From positions 3,328,001 to 3,392,000 of the forward strand of contig OZ220744.1 in assembly GCA_965116925.1 (NCBI GenBank): a stretch of 64,000 nt of DNA, read 5' to 3'. The position numbers were made by a program, and so were the translations under genes. Below are positions 40,491-50,896 of the stretch, piece after piece. Source of the DNA: Candidatus Poribacteria bacterium (lineage in GTDB: Bacteria; Poribacteria; WGA-4E; PCPOR2b). Each line of letters opens with the position of its first letter. The first letter of the stretch is position 1. The notes beneath the pieces were generated by a model that searched no databases, was not told the DNA's origin, and saw nothing but the letters and a program-made list of their open reading frames with translations.

Positions 40491-40522
40491 GAAACCGAGT
40501 TTTTTCTTCAAAACTCGGTTTC
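40491..40522. repeat. Palindromic hairpin between res and the ATPase gene
   Basis: gaaaccgagtttt...aaaactcggtttc stem. Confidence 0.7.
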
Positions 40523-40568
40523 TTTGCACGATGAGCAAACTGCTTGATTCGCTCCTGGAGAAGCAACA

Positions 40569-42320
40569 ATGCTAACCAAATTGATTTGCCGTAATTTCAA
40601 AAACTTTGAGGACGTGGAAATTGAATTGGGAAATCCCGTCGTCTTCATCGGACCGAATAACTCCGGCAAAACAACCGCGTTACAGGCACTCGCTCTATGG
40701 GAAGTTGGTCTCAAACGTTGGAACGAATACCGTAGAGGAAGACCGCAGGCGGAAAGACGACGGAGCATTACTGTCAACCGTCGCGATCTCATATTTGTTC
40801 CTGTTCCAGATGCAAAATTGCTCTGGCGAAATTTACAAGTCCGAGATATTCAGAGGGAAGAGGGTAAGCAACAGACACAAAACGTTCGTATAGATATTAT
40901 TGTTGAAGGTGATACCACAGGCGAAAAATGGGAATGCGGTTTGGAGTTTGATTATGCCAATCAGGAATCCTTTTACTGCCGTCCCCTTCGATTATCAGAA
41001 GCGGAGGGTAAGGTGTTGGAACGAATGCCTTTTCCTGATGAAGCGTCAAACCTCAATGTCGCCTTTCTTCCACCGATGTCAGGACTTGCCTCCAATGAAA
41101 CCCGCCTTGGTACGGGTGCGATCAATGTCCGTGTGGGCGAGGGGCGGACCGCGGAGGTCCTCCGCAATCTCTGCTATCAGGTTTTACAAGAGAGAGAAGG
41201 CAACGAAAAATGGAAAACAATCTGTCAACAGATTAAAGATCTGTTCGGTGTTCAGCTTGACAAGCCAAATTACATCCTTGAGCGTGGGGAGATTGAGATG
41301 AGCTATCAAGATAGATTGGGGATCTCTCTCGACCTCTCTTCATCGGGACGTGGGCTGCAACAAACGCTACTTCTGCTCGCATATATCGTGTCCCATCCGG
41401 GATCAGTCCTCCTGCTAGATCCCGATGCACATCTGGAGATTCTTCGGCAAAGGCAGATTTACCAGAGACTTACTCAGTGGGCGGAGAAACATAACAGTCA
41501 AATTATCGCTGCCAGCCACTCTGAAGTCATTCTAAACGAAGCTGCCCAGCATGGTACTGTCATCGCCTTTTTTGGGGCACCCCATCCTATTCACGGTCAT
41601 GAGGACGAGGTTTTGAAATCGCTTACAGAGATTGGCTTTGAGCATTACTCTCAGGCGGAGCAGAAGGGCTGGGTCCTCTATCTTGAGGGTTCGACAGATT
41701 GGGCTATCTTAAAGGTATTTGCTGAAAAATTACAACACCCCGCGAAGGATATACTGGAACGTCCTTATATAGACTACGTTGGAAATCAACCGGGCAAAGC
41801 CCGCGAACGCTTTTATGGATTGCGAGAGGCAAAGCCCGATTTGGTCGGATTCTGTCTCTTTGATCGGATTGGGTCGGAGCTTCAAACAACTCCCGAATTA
41901 AGGGAGTATCAGTGGAAACGGCGCGAGATTGAGAATTACCTTTGCCAAAGAGAGGTGTTAATGGCATGGGCAGAAGCAGAAGGAAAAAAACACAGCACTG
42001 GATCACTATTTAATCAATTTACGAATCAATGGCAATGGTTGACTGCAATGGAAGAAGCAATTGATGAGGTTGAAAACGCTCTAGCAACACTTGGCAAAGG
42101 TTCACCTTGGTCCCCGGATACCAAAGTGAGCGATGATTTTCTGGATCCACTTTTTGATTCCTTTTACAAAAAATTGGGATTGGAGAATCTGATGCGAAAA
42201 ACTAATTATCACACCCTCGTCCGATATGTTCCCACAGATCAGATTGATCCAGAGGTATCCGAAGTACTTGATGGGATTCTGGAGATAGCAGAGCAAGCGA
42301 AACCGATGGGCGATGGGTAA
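40569..42320 (+). CDS. OLD-like ABC ATPase with C-terminal TOPRIM-like domain (Walker B Glu missing)
   Basis: GPNNSGKT, LSSSGRGLQQ signature, LLLDPDAHL, ASHS H-loop, LYLEGSTD, REIENY. Confidence 0.8.
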   Translation: MLTKLICRNFKNFEDVEIELGNPVVFIGPNNSGKTTALQALALWEVGLKRWNEYRRGRPQAERRRSITVNRRDLIFVPVPDAKLLWRNLQVRDIQREEGKQQTQNVRIDIIVEGDTTGEKWECGLEFDYANQESFYCRPLRLSEAEGKVLERMPFPDEASNLNVAFLPPMSGLASNETRLGTGAINVRVGEGRTAEVLRNLCYQVLQEREGNEKWKTICQQIKDLFGVQLDKPNYILERGEIEMSYQDRLGISLDLSSSGRGLQQTLLLLAYIVSHPGSVLLLDPDAHLEILRQRQIYQRLTQWAEKHNSQIIAASHSEVILNEAAQHGTVIAFFGAPHPIHGHEDEVLKSLTEIGFEHYSQAEQKGWVLYLEGSTDWAILKVFAEKLQHPAKDILERPYIDYVGNQPGKARERFYGLREAKPDLVGFCLFDRIGSELQTTPELREYQWKRREIENYLCQREVLMAWAEAEGKKHSTGSLFNQFTNQWQWLTAMEEAIDEVENALATLGKGSPWSPDTKVSDDFLDPLFDSFYKKLGLENLMRKTNYHTLVRYVPTDQIDPEVSEVLDGILEIAEQAKPMGDG

Positions 42321-42343
42321 GTCTATCACTACCTCACCGTCCC

Positions 42344-42967
42344 CTACCCGCCAAGTGGAGCGGACGAACGGAATCCACGGTAACCTCCAGCGTAGATTGT
42401 TATCATACCTGTCTTGAGGTGAAAAACCTTCGTCAAGACTGCTTCCGTCAACGCAGCAGCGGCTGATGTATCCGTTCCCAAGTCTGCCTCAAGGAATATA
42501 TGTGGTTCTGTTTTCGGATATGGGACTTCCCGCTCCGGTGCATCTTGGAGGGGTACAATCTGCGCCAGTTGTTCCTTTTCCCAAGAAGTTAGTCTGATAG
42601 TGTAGTATCGCTTTGATAGGAGAATAAGTCTAAACAGGGTGGTGGAGGAGATGTGTGGAACCGATGCAAATACTGGAACCTTTGCCACAAGACTACCATC
42701 TGCGCGGACTCGAAAAAGGACAAATCCCTTGCCGCCTTCAAAGACTACCTCACCTCCGCCAAACTGTTGTAGTTTTTCCAGCGTTGATTTAAAGCGGGAA
42801 AGACGTTGAGTTTTTGTTGAACGAAAGATAGTGGAATCCGTCTCATAAACCTGAGTTTTCTCTTTTTTGGGCGCATCGTATGTTTTTACAGCAAGGAGAT
42901 ACGCCAGTACGAGAAACACAACGGCTAGCATACAAACGATCAGCGCACGTTTAATATATTTGAGCAT
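42344..42967 (-). CDS. Hypothetical membrane-anchored or secreted protein
   Basis: GGAGG RBS before MLKYIKR (42967); N-terminal hydrophobic helix. Confidence 0.6.
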   Translation of the reverse strand: MLKYIKRALIVCMLAVVFLVLAYLLAVKTYDAPKKEKTQVYETDSTIFRSTKTQRLSRFKSTLEKLQQFGGGEVVFEGGKGFVLFRVRADGSLVAKVPVFASVPHISSTTLFRLILLSKRYYTIRLTSWEKEQLAQIVPLQDAPEREVPYPKTEPHIFLEADLGTDTSAAAALTEAVLTKVFHLKTGMITIYAGGYRGFRSSAPLGG

Positions 42968-43472
42968 CTCAATTCCTCCATTTCTGTGACCTCTGCATAC
43001 GTATAGATAATAACAAAACACACTTCAAGCGACAACGCAAAAAACGGAAGCGGGGCAGCGTTGCCACTTGACAAATGTAGCGCAAACTGTTAGTTTGCGA
43101 CCTGAGATCACAATCTAAATGAGATTTAAGTATTTAAATCGGTAATCCCGATTTTCCTCGAAACACACGGTAGGCGCGGTTTTCAACCGCGCCGGTGTCC
43201 ATAACAAATTACCGAATTATTTTTTTAATCTTCATACAGATTGTGCTACAAACGAACACTTTTATGAAATAAAAACTGTAGGTCGATTTTCCAAAATCGA
43301 CGATGTCTATATATGAATCTCGACTACTTACACACGAACCAGTGAACCAGCGAACCAACATAAGATTGGGTAGAGCGAGCAAAACCCAACAATCCTCTTA
43401 CGCATTACGTATTACGCCCTGTTCTTCTTACGCATCACGTTTCACTACTAATGCACCCATGAACTCTCGACA

Positions 43473-43985
43473 ATGGCACACGCATACATCGGATTTGGAT
43501 CCAACATCGACGACCGCCTCAATTATATCACACAAGCGTTGCAGATGCTGTTAGAACCAGATAGCGTCTCGCTGATACAGATCTCCTCCCTCTACGAAAC
43601 CGAACCTGTCGGCTATGAAGAACAGGCTTGGTTTCTGAACGGTGTCATCGCTGTCGAAACCCGGCTGTTAGCATATCCGTTGTTAAGATTTCTGAAAGCA
43701 ATTGAAGGGCTTGTTGGACGGCGGGATCGGACGCGTTGGGCACCACGAGAAGTAGACTTGGATCTCCTAATCTACGATCAAGATTGCATCAATACGCCGG
43801 ACCTGATCGTGCCGCACCCCGAAATGCACCAGCGCAGCTTTGTCCTTGTCCCGTTTGCCGAGATCGCCCCAGATGTCCGCCATCCAATCCTTGGACAAGA
43901 TATCCGAACCCTGCTCTCCAACCTAAACGACGAGAAAACCGTCAAACTCGCAGCACCTCCACCAAAAATTGATGCAAGGATTTGA
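43473..43985 (+). CDS. folK: 2-amino-4-hydroxy-6-hydroxymethyldihydropteridine diphosphokinase
   Basis: YIGFGSN, SSLYETEP, FLNGV, WAPREVDLDLL, VPHPEMHQRSFVLVP. Confidence 0.96.
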   Translation: MAHAYIGFGSNIDDRLNYITQALQMLLEPDSVSLIQISSLYETEPVGYEEQAWFLNGVIAVETRLLAYPLLRFLKAIEGLVGRRDRTRWAPREVDLDLLIYDQDCINTPDLIVPHPEMHQRSFVLVPFAEIAPDVRHPILGQDIRTLLSNLNDEKTVKLAAPPPKIDARI

Positions 43986-43988
43986 TCG

Positions 43989-45698
43989 ATGCCATACAAC
44001 CCACAAAACCCGTTAATCGTCCAGAGCGATCGGACAGTGCTCCTTGAAGTTGACAGCCCACTTTATGAGGGGGCGAGGGACGCACTCGCCAGCTTTGCAG
44101 AACTGGAAAAGAGCCCCGAACATATCCACACCTACCGCATCACACCCCTTTCGTTGTGGAATGCCGCCGCTGCGGGGATGGAAGTCGGGGACATCTTGGA
44201 CGCACTCGATGAGTATACCAAATATGATGTGCCACAAAACATAATTGCCGAAATCATCGATTATGTGTCGCGCTACGGACGGGTTAAGTTGATGAAGCAC
44301 ACCGACCTGAATCCCGATCGCGCTGAGGATAACGACCTAGTCCTGCACGCCGAAGATCCGGTGCTCATGGCTGAAATTGCTCACAGCGAATCGGTGAAAA
44401 ATCTGCTGGGGGAGCAGATCGACCCCCAGACCATCTCCGTCCCCTACCAGCTTCGCGGACACATCAAGCAAGCGTTAATCAAAATCGGCTTTCCCGTTGA
44501 AGACCTTGCGGGCTACGTCACCGGAAGCCATCTGGAGATTGCCCCCCGACCGATAACACTATCGGGGGCTGCCTTCGACCTACGCGACTACCAACGCGAT
44601 GCAACAGAGGTCTTTCATCTGGGAGGCGACGTGCGCGGCGGCAGCGGCGTAATCGTTCTCCCCTGTGGCGCGGGGAAGACCATCGTTGGGCTTGGCATTC
44701 TGTTCGAGACCAGGTGCCACACGCTAATCCTTTCGACAAACACAATCGCTGTGCGCCAGTGGATCGATGAATTCCTTGACAAGACGACGATTGCGCCGGA
44801 GGAGATCGGCGAATACACCGGCGACCGTAAGGAGATCCGCCCAATCACAGTGACCACCTATCAGATCCTAACCTATCGCAAGCGCAAATCGGAAGACTTC
44901 GTTCATCTAGGGCTTTTCGCTGAAATGGATTGGGGCTTGATTATCTATGACGAGGTTCACCTGTTACCCGCCCCCGTCTTCCGGATGACTGCGGAGATTC
45001 AAGGGAAACGGCGCCTCGGATTGACCGCAACGCTGGTACGGGAAGATGGCAGAGAGGACGATGTCTTCAGCCTGATTGGACCAAAAAAGTATGATGTCCC
45101 GTGGCGAGAATTGGAGCAGCAGGGCTGGATCGCGACCGCCGAGTGCACCGAAATCCGCGTAGACCTACCCGAACACCTGCGAATGAGTTACGCCGTCGCC
45201 GGTGCGAGACAGAAGTTCCGCATCGCTTCCGAGAATCCGGATAAGTTTCCCGTTGTGTGCGAACTGATTAATCGACACGAAGGGGATCAGATCCTTGTGA
45301 TTGGACAGTATATTGAGCAACTCAAGGGGATAGCCGCGAGCCTGAACGCGCCGCTAATCACGGGGCAAACCCCGAACCTTGAGCGTGGCAAACTGTACGA
45401 CCAGTTTCGGCAAGGCGAGATTAAGTTGCTCGTCGTTTCCAAAGTTGCCAACTTCGCGATTGACCTCCCCGATGCAAACGTTGCGATTCAGATTTCCGGC
45501 ACCTTCGGCTCACGCCAAGAGGAGGCACAACGTCTCGGACGCATCCTCCGTCCCAAAACCGACGGTTCACTCGCGCACTTCTACTCAATCGTCACCCGCG
45601 ATTCACGCGATCAGGAGTTCGCAATCAACCGCCAGCTCTTCCTCACCGAACAAGGCTACCGCTACACCATCCGCTACGGTGATGAGTATAATCCGTGA
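43989..45698 (+). CDS. XPB/Ssl2-family DNA repair helicase
   Basis: PLIVQSDRTVLLE, LPCGAGKT, DEVH, RED motif, QRLGRILR. Confidence 0.94.
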   Translation: MPYNPQNPLIVQSDRTVLLEVDSPLYEGARDALASFAELEKSPEHIHTYRITPLSLWNAAAAGMEVGDILDALDEYTKYDVPQNIIAEIIDYVSRYGRVKLMKHTDLNPDRAEDNDLVLHAEDPVLMAEIAHSESVKNLLGEQIDPQTISVPYQLRGHIKQALIKIGFPVEDLAGYVTGSHLEIAPRPITLSGAAFDLRDYQRDATEVFHLGGDVRGGSGVIVLPCGAGKTIVGLGILFETRCHTLILSTNTIAVRQWIDEFLDKTTIAPEEIGEYTGDRKEIRPITVTTYQILTYRKRKSEDFVHLGLFAEMDWGLIIYDEVHLLPAPVFRMTAEIQGKRRLGLTATLVREDGREDDVFSLIGPKKYDVPWRELEQQGWIATAECTEIRVDLPEHLRMSYAVAGARQKFRIASENPDKFPVVCELINRHEGDQILVIGQYIEQLKGIAASLNAPLITGQTPNLERGKLYDQFRQGEIKLLVVSKVANFAIDLPDANVAIQISGTFGSRQEEAQRLGRILRPKTDGSLAHFYSIVTRDSRDQEFAINRQLFLTEQGYRYTIRYGDEYNP

Positions 45699-46031
45699 AA
45701 GATGAATCAGGTCGTGTATCTTGATAGTTTCATCTCTGTTTATCTCCTTGACTAAATTGCCACTATGACACTATAATTGCCCAAATTAATAGTAGTAGGC
45801 ATACTCCGTATGCCGTAACTTGCACACACCCCCGTAGGTTGGGTTGAGCACCAGCGAAACCCAACACCGATGAATCACAAGTAACCAGAATGAACCAACG
45901 TAGCCCCAGCGGGGCGACATGTTTATAGCACACGGGATGGACAAATATCCTAAAGCCCCAGCGGGGCGACATGTGCAACTGGTTTAGTTGACATCTGAGG
46001 TTCCTGTGTTGATTGCGGGAGGAGACATTGA

Positions 46032-46310
46032 ATGGGAACGCACCTAACATTTCAGTATGACCGTGAAGCGGATATTCTATACATAAATACCTGTGCCCCG
46101 TATCCAGAACAGGAGAGCGAAGAACTTGAGGATGAAGTCATCGCACGATTTAATCCTGAGACCGACGAAATCGAAAATCTTGAGGTTCTGTTTTTTTCCA
46201 CGCGATTATTGCGTCAGGAACTTTTTCAATTACCAATTTCGGCTCATCTGTGGAAGCAATCAGCAGATAGGTCAACCCAAAATCAAACCTTACATAACGC
46301 AAGTTGCTAG
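46032..46310 (+). CDS. DUF2283-like small protein
   Basis: YDREADILYI motif. Confidence 0.7.
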   Translation: MGTHLTFQYDREADILYINTCAPYPEQESEELEDEVIARFNPETDEIENLEVLFFSTRLLRQELFQLPISAHLWKQSADRSTQNQTLHNASC

Positions 46311-46729
46311 GGCGTGTTGACATTTGTGTGAAATTGTTCGTAATCGTAGGGGCGAGGTTTCCTCGCCCATCGCCAACGCGGATTGGGTGCCTCAAATCAT
46401 ACAGGTTAAGTCAATTGTAGGTCGAGATTCATATCTCGACAAAATACTAACAGTATATAATGGATTGAGCCAAAACTATCGCTAGGTATTGTCAATTTTG
46501 GAAAATCGACCTACAGAGGTCCAAACAAAGGGTTGGGAGACCCAACCCCTACGAAGGACGATACGTCTGTGCACCGTCCTTGATTATCTGGTTGTGATGA
46601 AATGTCAACAGAACCAATTAATAAACCAAGCGTCAGAAAGCAATAGTCGGGAATTGGAATTTCCTCCTACACATAACACACAGTAGGGGCGTCCCCTCCG
46701 AATCACGCCCTCTGACTCAGGAGCAAAAA

Positions 46730-47584
46730 ATGGATCAAGATATACAGGACTATCTATTTGATCTCCAAGGTTATCTGGTCTTAGAAAACGCAATCTCGGC
46801 GGAAGATCTGGACGAGATGAACCAGTGGATAGACGACCACGAGGCTTACGTCGAGGAGCCGTGGGTCGCCAATGCGAATCCCCGTGAAAGAAGCCGTTGG
46901 ATTGGGAATGTGGAAACGCACACCTACAACGAAGAAAACGGCGTCAACTTCCAGAATATCATTGAGGGCGGCTCCGTCTTTGAGCGATTGATAGACTACC
47001 CCGCTTGGATCGACTTGGTCAAGACGTACATCCACGCTTCCGTAAACGGGGTTTCCATCCACGAAAACTTTCTCAATATGCGTGGACCCGGTGGTTACAT
47101 CCACATTCACTGTGGCGGACATGTCCCGCTTAGTTATTTGACGTTCCGCCAGAACAATACCGGGGAATGGCTAGTGGGTCAAATTAACGTCCTGATGGCA
47201 CTCCACGATATCGGCGAAGGCGACGGTCCACCTGTCCTCATACCGGGCAGCCACAAGTGTACTGAAATCCACCCACGACTGCATGTAGACGGACGGGGCT
47301 TGGTGTATGACGGTGTGAGCGGTAAACCCGCTGGGACAGCTGTCGCTGTGAAAGAGATGTATCTGAAGGCGGGAGATGTTCTGTTTTTCACCGATGCGAT
47401 AACACACGGCTCCGCGGAACGCACCAATCCCGGCTACCGTCGGACAGTTGTTTACCGCTACTCCCCAAAATATGTGCGCGAGCGATTCAACTATCAGACC
47501 TCAGAAGGGCTGCTACAACGCTTGACCCCCGAAAGACGGACGATTATTGAACCCATGGCACCGCGACGACCGCCAACCGTATAG
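46730..47584 (+). CDS. Phytanoyl-CoA dioxygenase (PhyH) family protein
   Basis: YLFDLQGYLVL, LIPGSHK, KAGDVLFF...THG...R. Confidence 0.88.
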   Translation: MDQDIQDYLFDLQGYLVLENAISAEDLDEMNQWIDDHEAYVEEPWVANANPRERSRWIGNVETHTYNEENGVNFQNIIEGGSVFERLIDYPAWIDLVKTYIHASVNGVSIHENFLNMRGPGGYIHIHCGGHVPLSYLTFRQNNTGEWLVGQINVLMALHDIGEGDGPPVLIPGSHKCTEIHPRLHVDGRGLVYDGVSGKPAGTAVAVKEMYLKAGDVLFFTDAITHGSAERTNPGYRRTVVYRYSPKYVRERFNYQTSEGLLQRLTPERRTIIEPMAPRRPPTV

Positions 47585-47596
47585 TGGTCCAGTTCA

Positions 47597-48070
47597 ATGG
47601 CAGAGACCGAACCGATGAGATATGGAATCAGTGCCGCTGCATTGATAGTACAGCAGAAACGACTGCTGTTAGTCAATCACAGGGAGCGTGGTCAGTACGA
47701 TTTTTGGGTGCCGCCGGGCGGGAAACTACAGGGGAGTGAATCCATCTTCGACTGTGCGCGGCGTGAGACGATGGAGGAAACAGGGCTATCCGTTGTGCTG
47801 GATCGTATCATCTACATCGTCGAATATGCCGAACCGAGCTACCACTTCTGCAAGTTTTTCATTCGGTGCAAAACGTTCGGCGGCAATCTCACCCTCGCCA
47901 ACCGGGAACAAGCGGAGACCTTTCTCGTCAGTGCACGTTTCTTTTTAAAGGCGGATATGGCAGGCTTGGATGTGCGCCCCACAATTCTGAAAGATCGCTT
48001 TTGGGACGACCTTGAGGCAGGATTTCCAGAGACTCGGTACTTGGGGCTTGAAAAGATAAAGACCCGCTAA
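47597..48070 (+). CDS. Nudix hydrolase
   Basis: GGKLQGSESIFDCARRETMEETGL Nudix box. Confidence 0.92.
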   Translation: MAETEPMRYGISAAALIVQQKRLLLVNHRERGQYDFWVPPGGKLQGSESIFDCARRETMEETGLSVVLDRIIYIVEYAEPSYHFCKFFIRCKTFGGNLTLANREQAETFLVSARFFLKADMAGLDVRPTILKDRFWDDLEAGFPETRYLGLEKIKTR

Positions 48071-48700
48071 AATTACTGTCCCCAACCTATCGTTTCACGT
48101 TTCACGCATCACGTTTCACTTTTGGTCTTTGACCAGAGTGGTCGCAAACTAGTGCTATCAGTTATAGTGAATAATAAAAATAAACAGACACTTTCGCTCC
48201 TCATCTAGTAGGCGCTGTTTCCAACTGCGCCGATTTGCAGTGTCTCAGTAATTCTAAAATCTACTATAAATAGACATTAAAAGTAGTAGGCACACTCCGT
48301 GTGCCGTAACTCCGCGAACAAAGTCCTGACCTCGCTCGTTTACGGTGTCTAATTATGGTGAATGATAAAAATAAATGGACACTTTCGCTTCCCATGTTTG
48401 GTAGGCGCTGTTTCCAACTGCGCCGATTTGCAGTGTCCAATTAATTCTAAAATCTACCATAATTCTGAAATCTACTATAAGTAGACATTAAAAGCAGATA
48501 GTTTTTCGTACCACAATCTGTTAGATTGTGATCCCAGCCTGCAAACTAACAGTTCGCGCTACTTATGGCAGATTGTCCTTTACATCGGAGGCGGGCACCG
48601 TGTGCCGTAACCCTGCCAACAAGTTTCTGACCGTACTCGTTCATAGTGTCCAATTGATTCTAAAATCTACTATAAATGTAAAGTAAACTCAATAAATCCC

Positions 48701-50317
48701 ATGTCAAAGACCGGCGCAGAACTGCTGATAGAATCCTTGATTTCCGCGGGAGTCAAACATCTCTTCTCGCTCTCCGGCAACCAGATCCTCTCCCTATACG
48801 ATGCGATTATCGGGCGTGATATTAATCTCATTCACACACGCCACGAAGCGGCAGCAGTGCACATGGCAGACGGATGGGGACGCTTGACCGAACAGCCGGG
48901 CGTCGCACTGCTGACCGCAGGACCCGGTCACTGCAACGCCATCTCCGCGCTCTACGGCACGCTGATGGCAGAATCGCCGGTGGTGCTATTAAGCGGACAC
49001 TCCCCTTACGCACAGATCGGCAGCGGCGCGTTTCAGGAGATAGACCAAGTCGCTACCGCCAACCCGGTCACAAAAGCAGCATGGCTGGTAGAAGATGCCG
49101 ACCACTTGGACAAAGCAATCGCTACCGCCCTCTCTCTGGCGTGCGAGGGACGCCCCGGCCCAGTCCACCTCAGTCTACCCTCCGATGTCTTAGAAGCTGC
49201 CGTTTCTCCCCAACCCCCTCGTGGAACGGATAAAGATAATACCTCCACAGGTATCCCTCCAACAAGCGACGTGGACGAGATACTCCACCAACTGACCGAA
49301 GCAAAGTGCCCACTCATCTTAGCAGGTCCCGCAATGGGACGCCCCTTGCGCTGGACAGAGGTCGAGCAGCTATCGGAGGCGACAGGTATCCCCGCCCTCC
49401 CGATGGAAAGCCCACGCGGCGTCAATGATCCATGGCTGCATCAGGCGACGAATTGCTTGAGCAAAGCAGACCTTGTCCTGTTGGTGGGTAAGAAATTAGA
49501 CTTCTCGTTACAGTTCGGGCAGCCCCCCTTTTTCTCGGAAAGGTGCCGCTTCATCCAGATTGATGCCGATCCGTCCCAGCTACGTTCAGAAAAGCCGAGC
49601 GTCTTGGCGATACACGCCGAACCAACGGACACAGTGCGTCAGTTGACAGCCGCAGCACAAGCCCTTGAGGGTTCACAAGGGGAAGGACAACACGATCCTT
49701 GGCGGATGGAGGTTATGGCAGCGCGAAAAGCTACCCCTGCCGAATGGGAACAAATACGGACTTCTGTGGACCAGCCCATTCACCCGTTACGGGTATGCGA
49801 GGCATTTCAACCGTTTCTTGATGACGGTGCAGTATTTGTCAGCGACGGTGGGGAGTTTGGGCAGTGGGTACAGGCAGGCTTGGAAGCGCAGTATCGTCTC
49901 ATCAATGGACCCGCAGGCTCAATCGGTAGTGCTATCCCGATGGGACTCGCAGCGAAGCTAGCACATCCGCAACGTCCCGTCTTCGTTTTCCTAGGCGATG
50001 GCACATTCGGCTACCACGCGATGGAATTCGATACCGCGCTACGCTACCGTCTACCTATCATCACGGTTGTCGGAAACGACGCCCGTTGGAATGCAGAGCA
50101 TCAGTTACAGATTCAAAATTATGGGGAGGACCGCACGGTCGGTTGTGAGTTGTTGCCGTCACGGTACGACAAAATGATCGAGGCGTTAGGAGGGCATGGC
50201 GCGTTTGTCCAGCAGCCAGACGACCTCGCCCCAGCGATTGAGCGGGCACTGGCATCGGGATTGCCAGCGTGCATCAACGTTGCCATCGAAAGTGTAAGCG
50301 CACCAACATTCCGGTAA
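48701..50317 (+). CDS. Thiamine-diphosphate-dependent enzyme (acetolactate synthase / 2-hydroxyacyl-CoA lyase-like)
   Basis: RHEAAA, GAFQE, GRPGPV, GDG...ND ThDP motif. Confidence 0.92.
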   Translation: MSKTGAELLIESLISAGVKHLFSLSGNQILSLYDAIIGRDINLIHTRHEAAAVHMADGWGRLTEQPGVALLTAGPGHCNAISALYGTLMAESPVVLLSGHSPYAQIGSGAFQEIDQVATANPVTKAAWLVEDADHLDKAIATALSLACEGRPGPVHLSLPSDVLEAAVSPQPPRGTDKDNTSTGIPPTSDVDEILHQLTEAKCPLILAGPAMGRPLRWTEVEQLSEATGIPALPMESPRGVNDPWLHQATNCLSKADLVLLVGKKLDFSLQFGQPPFFSERCRFIQIDADPSQLRSEKPSVLAIHAEPTDTVRQLTAAAQALEGSQGEGQHDPWRMEVMAARKATPAEWEQIRTSVDQPIHPLRVCEAFQPFLDDGAVFVSDGGEFGQWVQAGLEAQYRLINGPAGSIGSAIPMGLAAKLAHPQRPVFVFLGDGTFGYHAMEFDTALRYRLPIITVVGNDARWNAEHQLQIQNYGEDRTVGCELLPSRYDKMIEALGGHGAFVQQPDDLAPAIERALASGLPACINVAIESVSAPTFR

Positions 50318-50896
50318 GTCCTTCATCGGTTCATTAATCTACCAATAATGCAATATGTGTCGATTCAAAAAACTCGACCTACAGATTATCTCGCAACTTG
50401 CGTTACTATAACGTAAGTTGCTAGTGGTATGCCTATTGCTCTGAATTCCAATTACAAGATTTCCTATCCCGTAACCGCCCTCTCGTAGCCACAGATTTCC
50501 TAATCTGTAATCTGCCCATACAGCCCGTACCCAATCTAACTAGGGAATGCTAATTTGCAATCACAGCATATAATTGGACACATGGGTTCGTAGTAGCGCA
50601 ATTCATTGCGCGTTACTTTTCGCTCAAGTCCGCGTGACAAATGGTGATTGCTCCCATTTCCATTGACTTGTGAGCACAGTTAAATCTGTAGGGATTGATG
50701 TTTTGCCTATAAGTAGCAACTTGCGTTACTATAGTGAATTTTAAAAATAAGCAGTCATTAAAAGTCGATAGTTTTTTGTACCACAATCTGTTAGATTGTG
50801 ATCCCAAGCCGCAAACTAACAGTTTGCGCTACAGTGTCTCATTAATTCTGAGATCCACTATAATTCTAAAATCTACCATTAGGAGGTAATTCCAAA

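Noticed and set aside
45763..46050. 95-aa minus-strand ORF
   Set aside because: Composed largely of REP repeats (gccccagcggggcgacatg, gtaggttgggttg); likely spurious.
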